64,000 bases of DNA from Rickettsiales bacterium (GTDB lineage Bacteria; Pseudomonadota; Alphaproteobacteria; Rs-D84). Made by a program: the position numbers and the translations under genes. Shown here in pieces: positions 51,624 through 61,668 of the stretch (its first letter is position 1; each line of letters starts with the position of its first letter). Location: NCBI GenBank assembly GCA_031266915.1, contig JAISAB010000001.1, forward strand, positions 37,994-101,993, read 5' to 3'. Below the pieces are notes generated by a model. It was not told where the DNA came from. It saw nothing but the letters and a program-made list of their open reading frames with translations, and searched no databases.

Positions 51624-52332
51624 TCTTTACACCTTGCGATTTATGATTTATAATGCGCCTACTATGAACTACCTTTGGCAAGAATTCAATATAAAAACCT
51701 TTCCGGCAGAAACCATCGTTTTCAAAGACGGTGTTTTTATGCCGGAATTATCGACCCTGGAATCGTGCATTATCGATAAAAAGTACGATTTGCCCGTCCA
51801 TATTATTTATGCGGGCGAAATTGCCGGCGAAAACAACATAAATATAGAAATCAATATCCCCGGCCAAAAGGTGTTTTTAACGGCAAAAATTCAAAATAAT
51901 TTACCGGCCTTTTTGAACATTTTTGTTAAAAACACCGGGAAAAAATCTTTTTTTCGCGGCCAGGTTTTGGCCCAGAATTATTCCGAATTGAACATAAGCG
52001 CCCATGGGCACCATTTGGCGCCGGAAACCGGTATAATCCTGTCGACCAAAGTCGTCGCCCATTCGGGCAGCGTTTCAAAACTGACGGGCGCGGCGGAAAT
52101 TGAAAAAAATTGCACAGATTGCGATTCCGATATTGGATTCAGTGCGCTGGCGGCGCCGAACGCCCGAATTGAATTTACCCCGAAACAGCTGATAAGGTCG
52201 ACCCCGGCCGCGGCCGGGCATTCCGCGTCCTTGTACCGCGGCAGCCGGCACCAGATTGAATATCTGCGCGAATCGGGCTTGTCCGGGGCTGAGGTAAAAG
52301 CTGTGCTGGAAGAGGCGTTTTTATTCTGTTAA
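51613..52332 (+). CDS. Hypothetical protein, weak resemblance to the SufD C-terminal beta-helix (truncated?)
   Basis: HHLAPETGIILSTKVVAHSGSVSKLTGAAEI...ARIEFTPKQLIRS...LYRGSRHQIEYLRESGLSGAEVKAVLEEAFL loosely follows the SufB/SufD C-terminal pattern; only ~220 aa. Confidence 0.3.
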   Translation: MNPILYTLRFMIYNAPTMNYLWQEFNIKTFPAETIVFKDGVFMPELSTLESCIIDKKYDLPVHIIYAGEIAGENNINIEINIPGQKVFLTAKIQNNLPAFLNIFVKNTGKKSFFRGQVLAQNYSELNISAHGHHLAPETGIILSTKVVAHSGSVSKLTGAAEIEKNCTDCDSDIGFSALAAPNARIEFTPKQLIRSTPAAAGHSASLYRGSRHQIEYLRESGLSGAEVKAVLEEAFLFC

Positions 52333-52410
52333 CAATTAACAGAGCAGAGATAACAGTTAACAAATAATAAAGAATAGAGAATAAAGAATAAATAACATTA
52401 TCACCAGTGT

Positions 52411-52745
52411 GTCATTGCGAGGGGCGTCAGCCCCGCGGCAATCCAGTAAAACAAATTCGTGCGCCCAATGGGCGCACTCTCTTTTTTTCTCCCCCCTCTT
52501 GGGGGGCAAATGCAAAATAATCACAAATTAGGTCTTTTGGGGTCGAATGACACACTTATATCTTGGAGAGAAATAACAACCCCCAAAGGTAAAAACCGCG
52601 CTTTGCAAATTAAAGGCGGTTGGAGGTTAGTTACTACTATATAGAATAGTGCGGTGTTTTTGGACAAGTCCTTATGGCACCGACCCTCCAACCGATGGTT
52701 GGAGCGGTTTAACGTCAGCGCTGACGCTATATAGAAGGGTAACTA
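52411..52745. repeat. Family F structured element (long copy, with nested cccccctcttgggggg segment)
   Basis: gtcattgcg...ggtcttttggggtcgaatgacac...aaaaaccgcgctttgcaaattaaaggcggttggaggtt...ccctccaaccgatggttggagcggtttaacgtcagcgctgacgc. Confidence 0.6.
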
Positions 52746-52880
52746 CACCCCCGTCGCCGGACGAGTATATCATCCGCCGACCTAGGTATTATACACGAAT
52801 ATATTTGAAAAATCTACAAATTAAAAAATTAATGTTTCTTTTATGCCGGTATGACGCCAAATGAGAAGAATGTCGAAAAA

Positions 52881-52945
52881 GGTGGGGCAACCTTGGGACA
52901 AGGTTGCCTGAAAAAGGTGACCTTGTCCCCAAGGTCACCCCACCC
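52881..52945. repeat. Family G element (inverted relative to 6318-6408)
   Basis: ggtggggcaaccttgggacaaggttgcc...ggtgaccttgtccccaaggtcaccccacc. Confidence 0.55.
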
Positions 52946-53532
52946 AATATTTCGGATTACGATTCACGAAAAAAATCGCGCCCGTTGGGCGCGATACTTT
53001 AAATACAAGGGATTCCCATCTTCATGGGAATTTCCTTACTTTTTCTTAAAACCCTGTTTCGCCTTGAATTTGGGATTGTCTGGGTCAATAAGAATAACTT
53101 GTTTGCCGCGGCGAATCTGTTTTACATTGCCGCGCTTTTTCCAAGCCTTCAAAGAACTTAAGAACTTCATGTCATATTCCTTTTTGCCATGCGATTATAA
53201 CCGCTTTTTATAAGAAATCAACCAAAACTTCTAATAATAGTTTAATATTCGCTATACATTCAACCGTTATATGAAATTTCAATTTCTTATTAATATATTG
53301 TTGTTGTTTTTATACAGGTTAAAATTGTTAAAAACGCTTTTAATTTTTTTATCAACTGATTTTCAACAAAAAAAGCCGGTGTTTTCGCGCCTGTTTATAA
53401 AAATGTTAAAAAATATCGCCGGTAATCAACAGTTGAAAAACATATAAGTTTCCGGCTTTTTCAACAAATTTTTCAGATTTGTTTTTATGCTTGTTGAAAA
53501 ATGTTGAAATTGTTATAATTAACCCGTACCGA

Positions 53533-53844
53533 ATGGAGACGAGAGAATTGCGGCAACAAGTCCTGAAAGCTTTGGCGAACCCATCGCGCATATTTTATGT
53601 GCCCTATACGCTGGCGGTTTTAAATTTCGTGCTGCAGTTTCTGGTATTCATCGTCATTTTCATAGGCGGTCTGATAATTTCCGGCGGCGGCGTGGGAATA
53701 AACCCTCTGGCGTTTTTAATATCCGTGATGGCGGTTCATTCGATTTTGGCCGGCTTTTCCAAACGAGAGCCTCAGCTGGCGCAGATTATCGCGGCCAAAT
53801 TGCGCCTATTTAAATCGCGCGCCCCGAACAAGTTGACGGCATGA
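53533..53844 (+). CDS. virB3: Type IV secretion system protein VirB3-like
   Basis: ~104 aa; IFYVPYTLAVLNFVLQFLVFIVIF ... VMAVHSILAGFSKREPQLAQI fits the VirB3 pattern; immediately upstream of virB4. Confidence 0.6.
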   Translation: METRELRQQVLKALANPSRIFYVPYTLAVLNFVLQFLVFIVIFIGGLIISGGGVGINPLAFLISVMAVHSILAGFSKREPQLAQIIAAKLRLFKSRAPNKLTA

Positions 53845-53845
53845 T

Positions 53846-56254
53846 ATGAATCAATTCTTGGAATATTTTATCACTGGGGGATTTTCGATGACATCGGTCA
53901 TTCTGGCCATGGCCGTCGTTTTCGTGTTCATTATCCTGATGTTGTACGTTCCTACAATCGCGCTGTGGATTTTCCCAAAGTTCGGATACAAGAAATATTC
54001 TCAATACCTGCCGTTCGCGACGGTGTTCACGGACAATTCGATTCAGCTGACCGACGGGTCCTTGATAAGGGCTTATAAAATCGACGGTGTTCAAACCAGC
54101 ATGCAGGACGAGAAAACCCGCAACCAATTCCTGGATTTGCGCGCACAGCTGTTCAACCAAATCAACGACCCCGGCGTTACCCTGCGCTTTTACACAATTC
54201 GCGATTTCGCGGCCGATAAGACTGATTACGAATTCGACGGGCCGACGCTGCAGAAAATTTACGACAAGTGGAACAGCCAGGGGTTGAAGATTTTCACGAA
54301 CAGCTATTATGTGGTTCTGTCGGTTGGCGGGTCGAACGCCAGAGAAAAGCTGAACCAGTACGGCAACTATATCGAATCCATACTGGCCGCGTACGGACCC
54401 AGCGTTCTGGACAACGCGCGCCCGGAAAATATGGCGAAATTGTTCGCCCGAATCCTATCGCCGATCACCAAGCCGCGGCCTGCACGGTGCGACCAAAGAA
54501 TCGCGGAAACAATAACCGTCGACGATGTGGAATTTCTGGGCAACGGACTGATCCGGTATTCCAGCGGCGCCAAAAAATCGTACGCCGCGACCGTATCGTT
54601 CAAGGTGTCCCCGGATTATCTGGACGAGGAATTCTTCAACACCGTGTCCACCATCCAATGCGAGATGATAACCATGAACGGATTCCGCATTATGGGCGCG
54701 GCCGATATAGGCAACGTCATCCGCCAACGGCGCGCCACGTCCGATAATAACGACGACGCGGCCGAGGAACAAATCCGCGACGCGCAATCCGCGATGGACG
54801 AGAACGCGGCCGGCACGCAGACGCTGCTGAACTATTACCCGCTGTTCGTTCTGTTCGGCGACACGGTCGAATCTCTGCAGGACGGCGTCGACGAATTCAA
54901 AAAGATTTCGGCGGCTTTCGGCATATCGCCGGTTGTGGAAAACTTTGCGTCCAAGGTTTCGTGGTTCTCGCAGATTCCTGGATTCGACGTGTTTCCGCGC
55001 AGTTTCAAAATGCTGTCGAAAACAGCCGCGGTCAGCATACCAATGTCATCGACGCCCAAAGGCGTCGCGAATTCAGACTGGGGTCCGGGCCCGCTGGTCG
55101 TATTTCCGACAGCCCAGGGAACGCCGTATATGTTCCAATTCCACGTATCCGCCGCGCCCGCGGCCGTGGGCCATACGCTGACGGTCGGCCCGACGGGCGG
55201 CGGAAAAACGACGCTGTTCTCGTTCCTGATAGCGCAATCGCTGCGACATCCGAAATTAAAGGCTTTCTTTTTCGACCGGAACAAGGGCGCCGAAATCTTC
55301 ACGCTGTCGGTCGGCGGAAAATACGTGACCATGCAGAACAAGGAAAAATCCGCCGGCATGGGATTCGAGGCGCATTTGAATCCACTGAAGATGGAGGACA
55401 GTGTCGCCAACCGCGCGTTCCTGCGCCGATGGCTCGCGATGATTTCGGGGCAGTCCGACACGCGTTCCGCGGACGAAATCGCACGCGCGGTATCCGTCAA
55501 TTTCGATTACTTGGGCGACAAGGACCGGATGTTGAAAAGCCTATGGGAAAGCTGCTTTTCGTCCGAGGGCAATATGCGCGGCGCGCTGAAAAAATGGGTC
55601 GACCCGCTGCAATACGGCGAAATATTCAATGAAACCGCCGATACGCTGGATTTGCAGTCGCGTCTGACCACGTTCGATTTTACCGAAATTCTGCAGGACC
55701 AGACATTGTCGCCGGCCGTGATTTCATACATCCTGCACCGGATAAACAACACGACCGTGTCGGGCGGAAATCCGTCGCTGATTATGATTGACGAAACGGC
55801 GCCGATGCTGGAAAACAAGATGTTCCGCGACAACTTTATCGTCGGCCTGCAAGAGGGCCGCAAAAACCGCCAGGCCTATATGGTGGCCTTTCAGCGCGCG
55901 AACGTGCTGGACAAGCTGGGTATCGGCGACGTGGTGCGCGGCCAGGCGCAGACGGTTTTATTCTTCCGCAATCCGGCGGCCGACGCGAACGATTACCAGT
56001 ACTGGAATCTCAATCCCTTGGAAATGGCGTTCATCCAGGGCAAGGCTTATCCGAACCTGAAGCGCGCGGTGCTGCTCTCGCGCCCGGTAAATGGCGAATC
56101 AGTGATTCTGAATACGGAGCTCGGCGGATTGGGCAGTTTGCTGCGCCTGTTCGAATCCGGCCGCTCCAGCGTGCTTTTGGCCGAAGAGCTGTACAGGCAG
56201 TACGGGAATAATTTCGTCGGCGAATACTTGCGCAAACAGGGCGCGGTGGAATAA
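53846..56254 (+). CDS. virB4: Type IV secretion system ATPase VirB4
   Basis: 802 aa; Walker A TVGPTGGGKTTLFSFL; Walker B LIMIDETAPML; N-terminal TM region. Confidence 0.9.
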   Translation: MNQFLEYFITGGFSMTSVILAMAVVFVFIILMLYVPTIALWIFPKFGYKKYSQYLPFATVFTDNSIQLTDGSLIRAYKIDGVQTSMQDEKTRNQFLDLRAQLFNQINDPGVTLRFYTIRDFAADKTDYEFDGPTLQKIYDKWNSQGLKIFTNSYYVVLSVGGSNAREKLNQYGNYIESILAAYGPSVLDNARPENMAKLFARILSPITKPRPARCDQRIAETITVDDVEFLGNGLIRYSSGAKKSYAATVSFKVSPDYLDEEFFNTVSTIQCEMITMNGFRIMGAADIGNVIRQRRATSDNNDDAAEEQIRDAQSAMDENAAGTQTLLNYYPLFVLFGDTVESLQDGVDEFKKISAAFGISPVVENFASKVSWFSQIPGFDVFPRSFKMLSKTAAVSIPMSSTPKGVANSDWGPGPLVVFPTAQGTPYMFQFHVSAAPAAVGHTLTVGPTGGGKTTLFSFLIAQSLRHPKLKAFFFDRNKGAEIFTLSVGGKYVTMQNKEKSAGMGFEAHLNPLKMEDSVANRAFLRRWLAMISGQSDTRSADEIARAVSVNFDYLGDKDRMLKSLWESCFSSEGNMRGALKKWVDPLQYGEIFNETADTLDLQSRLTTFDFTEILQDQTLSPAVISYILHRINNTTVSGGNPSLIMIDETAPMLENKMFRDNFIVGLQEGRKNRQAYMVAFQRANVLDKLGIGDVVRGQAQTVLFFRNPAADANDYQYWNLNPLEMAFIQGKAYPNLKRAVLLSRPVNGESVILNTELGGLGSLLRLFESGRSSVLLAEELYRQYGNNFVGEYLRKQGAVE

Positions 56255-56940
56255 TGTTCAAGGTTCAAAGTTCAAAGTTCAAAGAATTGTCGCGCCGGCG
56301 ATTGCCTGTATTGAAGTTCAATCTTTTATATATATATCTTATCTCGTATCTCGTATCTGGTATCTCATACGCGGACGATTGTCTGCCTTATAAATTAAAT
56401 CCTGAAATCGAGGTATTGACGCCGTCCTGGCACAAGGAGGTTGTCCAGCCGCTGAAACCTATGGAATTGTTGGACGGGCTGCATGGAAACGTAGTGGCCA
56501 CATTGGATAACGATTATGAGGTAACGGGCGACACGACGTCCGTCGAGGACGGTTTCTGCGTTTCGCTGAAATCGGTATCGGCGACCATCGGGTACAGCGG
56601 ATTCCAGGTCGGGATAGATTCGCGCCATGCGCCGGAATCATGCGTATACAACGCGATTTTAACGCACGAGGACGAACATATACGGGCCTATCTGTCGGTG
56701 ATAGACGATTACAGTGACGATATTCGGACGGCGGTCCGCGCGGCGGCGAACTCGGTCATGCCGATTTTCGTCCGAACCGGGACAGAGGCAGAATCGGCCC
56801 TTGATTCGCTGCACGACAGCCTGCAAAGCCATCCGGAATTGATTCTGATGAACCAGCGCATCCAGGCCGAACAGGAAATTAGAAACAAGCGCGTGGACCA
56901 GGTCGAAACCGGCAGTCATCTTAAGATGTGTATGGAATAA
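56254..56940 (+). CDS. Hypothetical secreted protein with HExxH motif (LTHEDEHIRAY) downstream of virB4
   Basis: 228 aa; the N-terminal 40 codons are built from family K (gttcaaggttcaaagttcaaa) and tatctcgtatct repeats; the true start may lie downstream. Confidence 0.4.
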   Translation: MFKVQSSKFKELSRRRLPVLKFNLLYIYLISYLVSGISYADDCLPYKLNPEIEVLTPSWHKEVVQPLKPMELLDGLHGNVVATLDNDYEVTGDTTSVEDGFCVSLKSVSATIGYSGFQVGIDSRHAPESCVYNAILTHEDEHIRAYLSVIDDYSDDIRTAVRAAANSVMPIFVRTGTEAESALDSLHDSLQSHPELILMNQRIQAEQEIRNKRVDQVETGSHLKMCME

Positions 56941-57061
56941 ATATTATATTATGTATAAATGGTCAGATTCTTTAGAGAATAACAACAATGTATTCAACAG
57001 TTGGTTGAATGTTTTTTAGAAATAGGTTCTTGTAACAATATGAATAAAAATGAGCCGTTTT

Positions 57062-60061
57062 TTATCCAATTTCTTTCATTATGTTATCGGTTTCCAACAA
57101 GATAGCGATTATCTTTTGGTAGTGAATAACGTCTTCAAATGACAATGTGCGGCCACGGCGGTCTTTCAACCACTTTTGCGCCGGCTGATAGCCGCCGATA
57201 AAAAATTCCCATGCAGTATCCGGCACATTATCAAAATATTGGGTTTTGTTTATATAAACTCGGTTGCCATCTCGTACAACCTTTTCAACAGTGTCATCTC
57301 CGGATATAGGATAGGTACAGGTTGTCGCGGGGACAAATTCCATCAGGTGCAGCTTTCGCAGGCGTTCGCCCAGTTTTGCCAGTCGTTCAAATTCTTTGAC
57401 ATCTTTCGGATATGGAATCTTTGGAAAATCTATTTTTAGAAATTCACGATATTTTTCCCGATATGACGGACTGTGCAGCACCGCATAAATATAATCAAAT
57501 ATTTCAACAGCATCTGCATCACGCCCGATGGATTTAGATATTTGATTTACTATACGCTGGTCCAAGTTTGATTCCGGCCGTTCGCCAAAGTATGTATATA
57601 ACGGAAATATAACATATGAAGCAAAAGGCTGAGATGATATTTCAGATAATTTGTCAGTTATAAAAGATATAAAATGTTTTTTAGCGCCAAATTGACGAGT
57701 CGCTATTAAAGCAATGTTTGGCTTTAACATATGTTGCATGACGCTATATCTGTGTCTGACAACTTTATCCAAATCATAATTTATCCATCTGGTATCAAAT
57801 GGTCTGTAAGAAATTTTTTGGTTAAACTTGGTATCAAATGCATTAAAAGAAATCAATTCAGAATCATTATGTGTTTTTATACCGGTCGTGTTTATTTGAA
57901 ACAAATCTGTCAAAGAAAACCCATTATCATACACGTTTCTTTCTGATAAGTCTTTGTCCACAAAAAAGCAATACGGTTCAATCGGTTTTAGCTCTTTATA
58001 TTTTGTTGAGTCTAAATCATTCTTGCTTAAAAAGTCGTATTTCTCATTGCGTTTTCCATAAATATCATTATAAAAAACCTTGCCTAGAGTTTTCTTTTTA
58101 TCCAATGTTTTTATAAATATATTGATGGACACACCCTGCATAATATCAAACACGTTTTCATCCTTGCCGCCGTCCGGTATGGTTTCGCCAATATTTGAAT
58201 TCCCGTGTAAATTTAATATATAAATTTTATCGAATGTTTCCATCAGCGATTTGCGCATCTGACGATGTATCACGCCGTCAAGAAAACTATTGTTTGTGAT
58301 AAACGCCAGTATTCCGGAACCGTTCTTTTCTATAAAGTTCTGACCCAGCGCAATAAACTTTATATAATCATCCGAAAGCGGCTGAATATTTCTCTCGTTT
58401 AAGTCTTCTTTGTATTTTTTAATCAAATGCTTGGCATAATCGTTATTGTTCGAGCTGCTGACGCTATACGGCGGATTTCCTATCACGCACATCACCGGAG
58501 TATCTTGTTTGATAGTATTCGCCTCGCGCGCTTCGTTGGACAGCCACTGGGCAAAGAAAAGCGTCTGTGTGTTCGGGTCGGCTTCTTCAAGGCTGTTGGT
58601 CAGATATACCCCCAAGCGTTGAGTTGAGTTTTTTATCACGGCATTCTTGCCGATATCGGCCAATTTATTATCAAACAAATCATCTTGCCGGAACATCTTT
58701 TCATTAATTGGCGCATCGTCCTGAATATATCCGGTTTCGCGTAATACCAAGTCTAACTTCAAATGTGCCATGGCATAACTGGCCATCAATAATTCAAACC
58801 CATGAATGCGCGGCAACAAATGCTCATCAACGTACTTTGTCCAAAGCCCGGTATTGTTTTCAAAACTCTTGTGTATAAAGCGAATTGTTTCGGCCAAAAA
58901 AGTTCCGGTTCCGGTCGCGGGGTCAAGAACCTGAACGCGATGAAATTCTTTGTCTATCGGCTTATTCGTGCCTTGGGTGTTTGTCTTCTTGATAATTTTT
59001 GAATTATCGGCCAATCCCAAAGGCAATTCAAAGTCTGTCTTTAATATATTGTCAACCGCGCGGACTATATAATCAACCACAGGTTGCGGGGTATAGAAAA
59101 CGCCACGGCTTTTCCGCAAAGCCGGATTGTATTCAGCAAGGAACGTCTCATAGAAATGTATAATAGGGTCGCTTGTTTTTGTCTTGCGTCCAAAGTCGCG
59201 CATAATATCCGCAACATCTGTGTACGAGAAAATCTCGGCAAGGTTATCAACCACCAAAACAATTCGTTCATCTATTTCCGTGCCGGCGATATATCCGAAT
59301 AAATTACGCAAAAATGGATTTGTTTTCGGTATAAGGCTTGCGGCTTCAACGCGTGTAAAAGTGCTTAGCGACTTATCATGTAAACGAGCCGCAAACATTC
59401 CATAGGCTATAGTTTGCGCATACACGTCGGCAAATTCGCTGGTGGTTATATCATGTATCAGCATTTCTTGGAAGACTGTCATTTGCTCGCGCAGTGATGA
59501 ATTACTCTTACCGTCTTTTTCCAAAGCCTCATTGATAACGTTGGCAACCAGTTTTGCTTTGCCGGCCATCAATTCGGCCAGTCTTGACGCAGATTTAATG
59601 GTTGTGGTTTTCTTGATATAAAAATCACGTAGCAAATTTTCCAAGAAATCATAGTGTTCTGGTATCGGCGTAATTGTTTTGCTGTCAAAATCGGCAATTC
59701 TTACGCGTTTAAAAACAATGCCGCTTTTATAAAAGATAAAATCAAAGTAATCCGTATAAATTAAATTATCAAATCCGTTGCGATAGCGTTCCAACTGGTC
59801 TTTTTCATACCCGTGCAGGTTATCAAGGCGAGACACGCCGATACCTTTAGTTTCAATATATCCAACAGCAACGTCTTTAAGTTTTATTACGAAATCCGGT
59901 GCACCGAAAGTCCCGCGAGTCGGCTCGTTTATAGCAATTATGTCCGGGTTTAAAGATTCCAGCAATTTCTTCAGATGCGGACGATATGTATGTTCATTCG
60001 CTTCGCCTGTTTTCCATTCCCGTTCAATCGCAGAGATATAGTTTGTAAATAACTGTGACAT
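57062..60061 (-). CDS. Type IIG restriction-modification enzyme (MmeI-like: N-terminal PD-ExK nuclease fused to N6-adenine methyltransferase and TRD)
   Basis: 999 aa; PDFVIKL...GYIETKGIG aligns with MmeI D..WPGILLIEMKSRG; FYTPQPVVDYIV resembles AHYTSE; GNPPY catalytic motif; AT-rich. Confidence 0.75.
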   Translation of the reverse strand: MSQLFTNYISAIEREWKTGEANEHTYRPHLKKLLESLNPDIIAINEPTRGTFGAPDFVIKLKDVAVGYIETKGIGVSRLDNLHGYEKDQLERYRNGFDNLIYTDYFDFIFYKSGIVFKRVRIADFDSKTITPIPEHYDFLENLLRDFYIKKTTTIKSASRLAELMAGKAKLVANVINEALEKDGKSNSSLREQMTVFQEMLIHDITTSEFADVYAQTIAYGMFAARLHDKSLSTFTRVEAASLIPKTNPFLRNLFGYIAGTEIDERIVLVVDNLAEIFSYTDVADIMRDFGRKTKTSDPIIHFYETFLAEYNPALRKSRGVFYTPQPVVDYIVRAVDNILKTDFELPLGLADNSKIIKKTNTQGTNKPIDKEFHRVQVLDPATGTGTFLAETIRFIHKSFENNTGLWTKYVDEHLLPRIHGFELLMASYAMAHLKLDLVLRETGYIQDDAPINEKMFRQDDLFDNKLADIGKNAVIKNSTQRLGVYLTNSLEEADPNTQTLFFAQWLSNEAREANTIKQDTPVMCVIGNPPYSVSSSNNNDYAKHLIKKYKEDLNERNIQPLSDDYIKFIALGQNFIEKNGSGILAFITNNSFLDGVIHRQMRKSLMETFDKIYILNLHGNSNIGETIPDGGKDENVFDIMQGVSINIFIKTLDKKKTLGKVFYNDIYGKRNEKYDFLSKNDLDSTKYKELKPIEPYCFFVDKDLSERNVYDNGFSLTDLFQINTTGIKTHNDSELISFNAFDTKFNQKISYRPFDTRWINYDLDKVVRHRYSVMQHMLKPNIALIATRQFGAKKHFISFITDKLSEISSQPFASYVIFPLYTYFGERPESNLDQRIVNQISKSIGRDADAVEIFDYIYAVLHSPSYREKYREFLKIDFPKIPYPKDVKEFERLAKLGERLRKLHLMEFVPATTCTYPISGDDTVEKVVRDGNRVYINKTQYFDNVPDTAWEFFIGGYQPAQKWLKDRRGRTLSFEDVIHYQKIIAILLETDNIMKEIG

Positions 60062-60848
60062 TCTTGCGTCCTATTTTATATTATTCCTAGTATAGCACTA
60101 ATAAATGGCATAAAACAAGTTTTTATAGGGTTTAAAGAATATCAGATTTTTCGCTTATCATCTTTTTTTGCGGAATTAAAGGCGTGTCAGACTATTGTTG
60201 CCGCGATATAATCCGGCGATGTAAACATTTCTAGATGCCATCTGGAACGAAAGTGCAAAAATGAGTTTTCCATAAAGCATAATTTTGAAGTGGATGCAGA
60301 GCCATCAATCAACGAACTAAACGAATCCAAAGGCCTTTTTAAAGCATTGGAAGATTATAAAATAAAAGTATCTAAAGATAACCCAGTTTTTTTAGTATCC
60401 TGCGCTTGAATTTGCAAAATTAAAAAACTCTCTATAATTACATAGAACTAAATTTGGTTGTTCGCAATAGACAAAGTTCTAACCAACCATGTGTACGAGT
60501 TGGTAGATTTTATAAACCAGTAAAATCCCTTTCGGGAACTGTTATCTATCGAGCACAATGAACTAATATCTATAGCCACCAGAAACCGTAATTAATAGCA
60601 ATAATCTACCTCAAACATCCAATTTTTACCCAAACCTTGATAATAACACCAATTTTCACTCCCAAGGCTTTCAGACCTTTTGTTTCGTTTATAACCTATT
60701 AATATTTCTTAGTAATCTTAAATAACAATTGATTTTATGCAGATTGTAGGATATTGTAAAATTAATAAAGCGCGGTGGCAAATAACCAAAATTGGTAGCA
60801 AAAAGCACCCGTGGTAGCAAATAGGTAGAAAAAAAATGAAAAGGTAAT

Positions 60849-61646
60849 GTGTCAGAAAAGGCAATGAAAATGGAATATAAATTAAAAAATAGATATAAGG
60901 CCGATTTAGAAAAACAACTAAATAGATTATGTTGTCATACCATGGAGGCGGTGGTTGATTTAGAGATGTTTTTTTATCCTTTGCGAGATCCCAGCGTACA
61001 TAATGATAGCTTTGCATTTAAACATTCTTTAGATATATTTTTTGAGAGAGCTCTCTTGTCTATAAGAAAGCTCGTAGAGCCGTCACAGAAAAATGACAAA
61101 GCAACTTTGAATTCAATAGGCAAGATAATCTTGCAGCCTGATTTTTACTTGATCCCAGATGAGGATTCAGATTGGACAGATGTTTTAAGAACAGTGGGAA
61201 GAGCAGAAGAAGTTATAGACCTTGCACAAAGGCATGCAGAGAAGTTTTTTCAAAAAAACTATGGGGATGCATTGCAAAAATTATCCAAAAATATTATGGC
61301 CTTTTTAAACTCAGAACAAGCGTTGCGAATAAAAGACTATAGAGATTATTCTTGTCACATATTATTGAACAAGCCAAAAAGCGTTTCATTTGAAATTTAT
61401 GATAATATGTCCAATACTCTAAACAAAACAGTCGATTTTTTATCAAGATTACATGATTTTGTCTTTGATGAAAAAGCAGACTTCTTTAAACAAATAGCCA
61501 TTTTAGCCCCCGTGCTTGCTGAAAATTACTGGAAAACCATCAACGAAGGGGCAAAATTGGTTGAAAATAAAAAACAAGAAAGAGAAACCTTAGCAGAGAT
61601 TTTAAAGAGAGCATCTAATAATTCTGGGGTAAGAAATAACCAATAA
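60849..61646 (+). CDS. Hypothetical island protein with candidate HEPN-type Rx4H motif (RDYSCH)
   Basis: 265 aa, predicted all-helical; preceded by TGGYAGCAAA direct repeats at 60770-60830; no family confidently recognised. Confidence 0.4.
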   Translation: MSEKAMKMEYKLKNRYKADLEKQLNRLCCHTMEAVVDLEMFFYPLRDPSVHNDSFAFKHSLDIFFERALLSIRKLVEPSQKNDKATLNSIGKIILQPDFYLIPDEDSDWTDVLRTVGRAEEVIDLAQRHAEKFFQKNYGDALQKLSKNIMAFLNSEQALRIKDYRDYSCHILLNKPKSVSFEIYDNMSNTLNKTVDFLSRLHDFVFDEKADFFKQIAILAPVLAENYWKTINEGAKLVENKKQERETLAEILKRASNNSGVRNNQ

Positions 61647-61668
61647 AATCAACTTTACCGAACGTGTA

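Noticed and set aside
53440-53530. Sigma70-like promoter for virB3 (TTGAAA ... TATAAT)
   Set aside because: The spacing is 14 nt, which is too short, and there is no SD before the chosen start. It was left uncalled.
57062-60061. BREX PglX methyltransferase
   Set aside because: A PD-ExK nuclease-like N-terminus aligning with MmeI is present. No other brx genes (brxA/B/C, pglZ, brxL) flank it.
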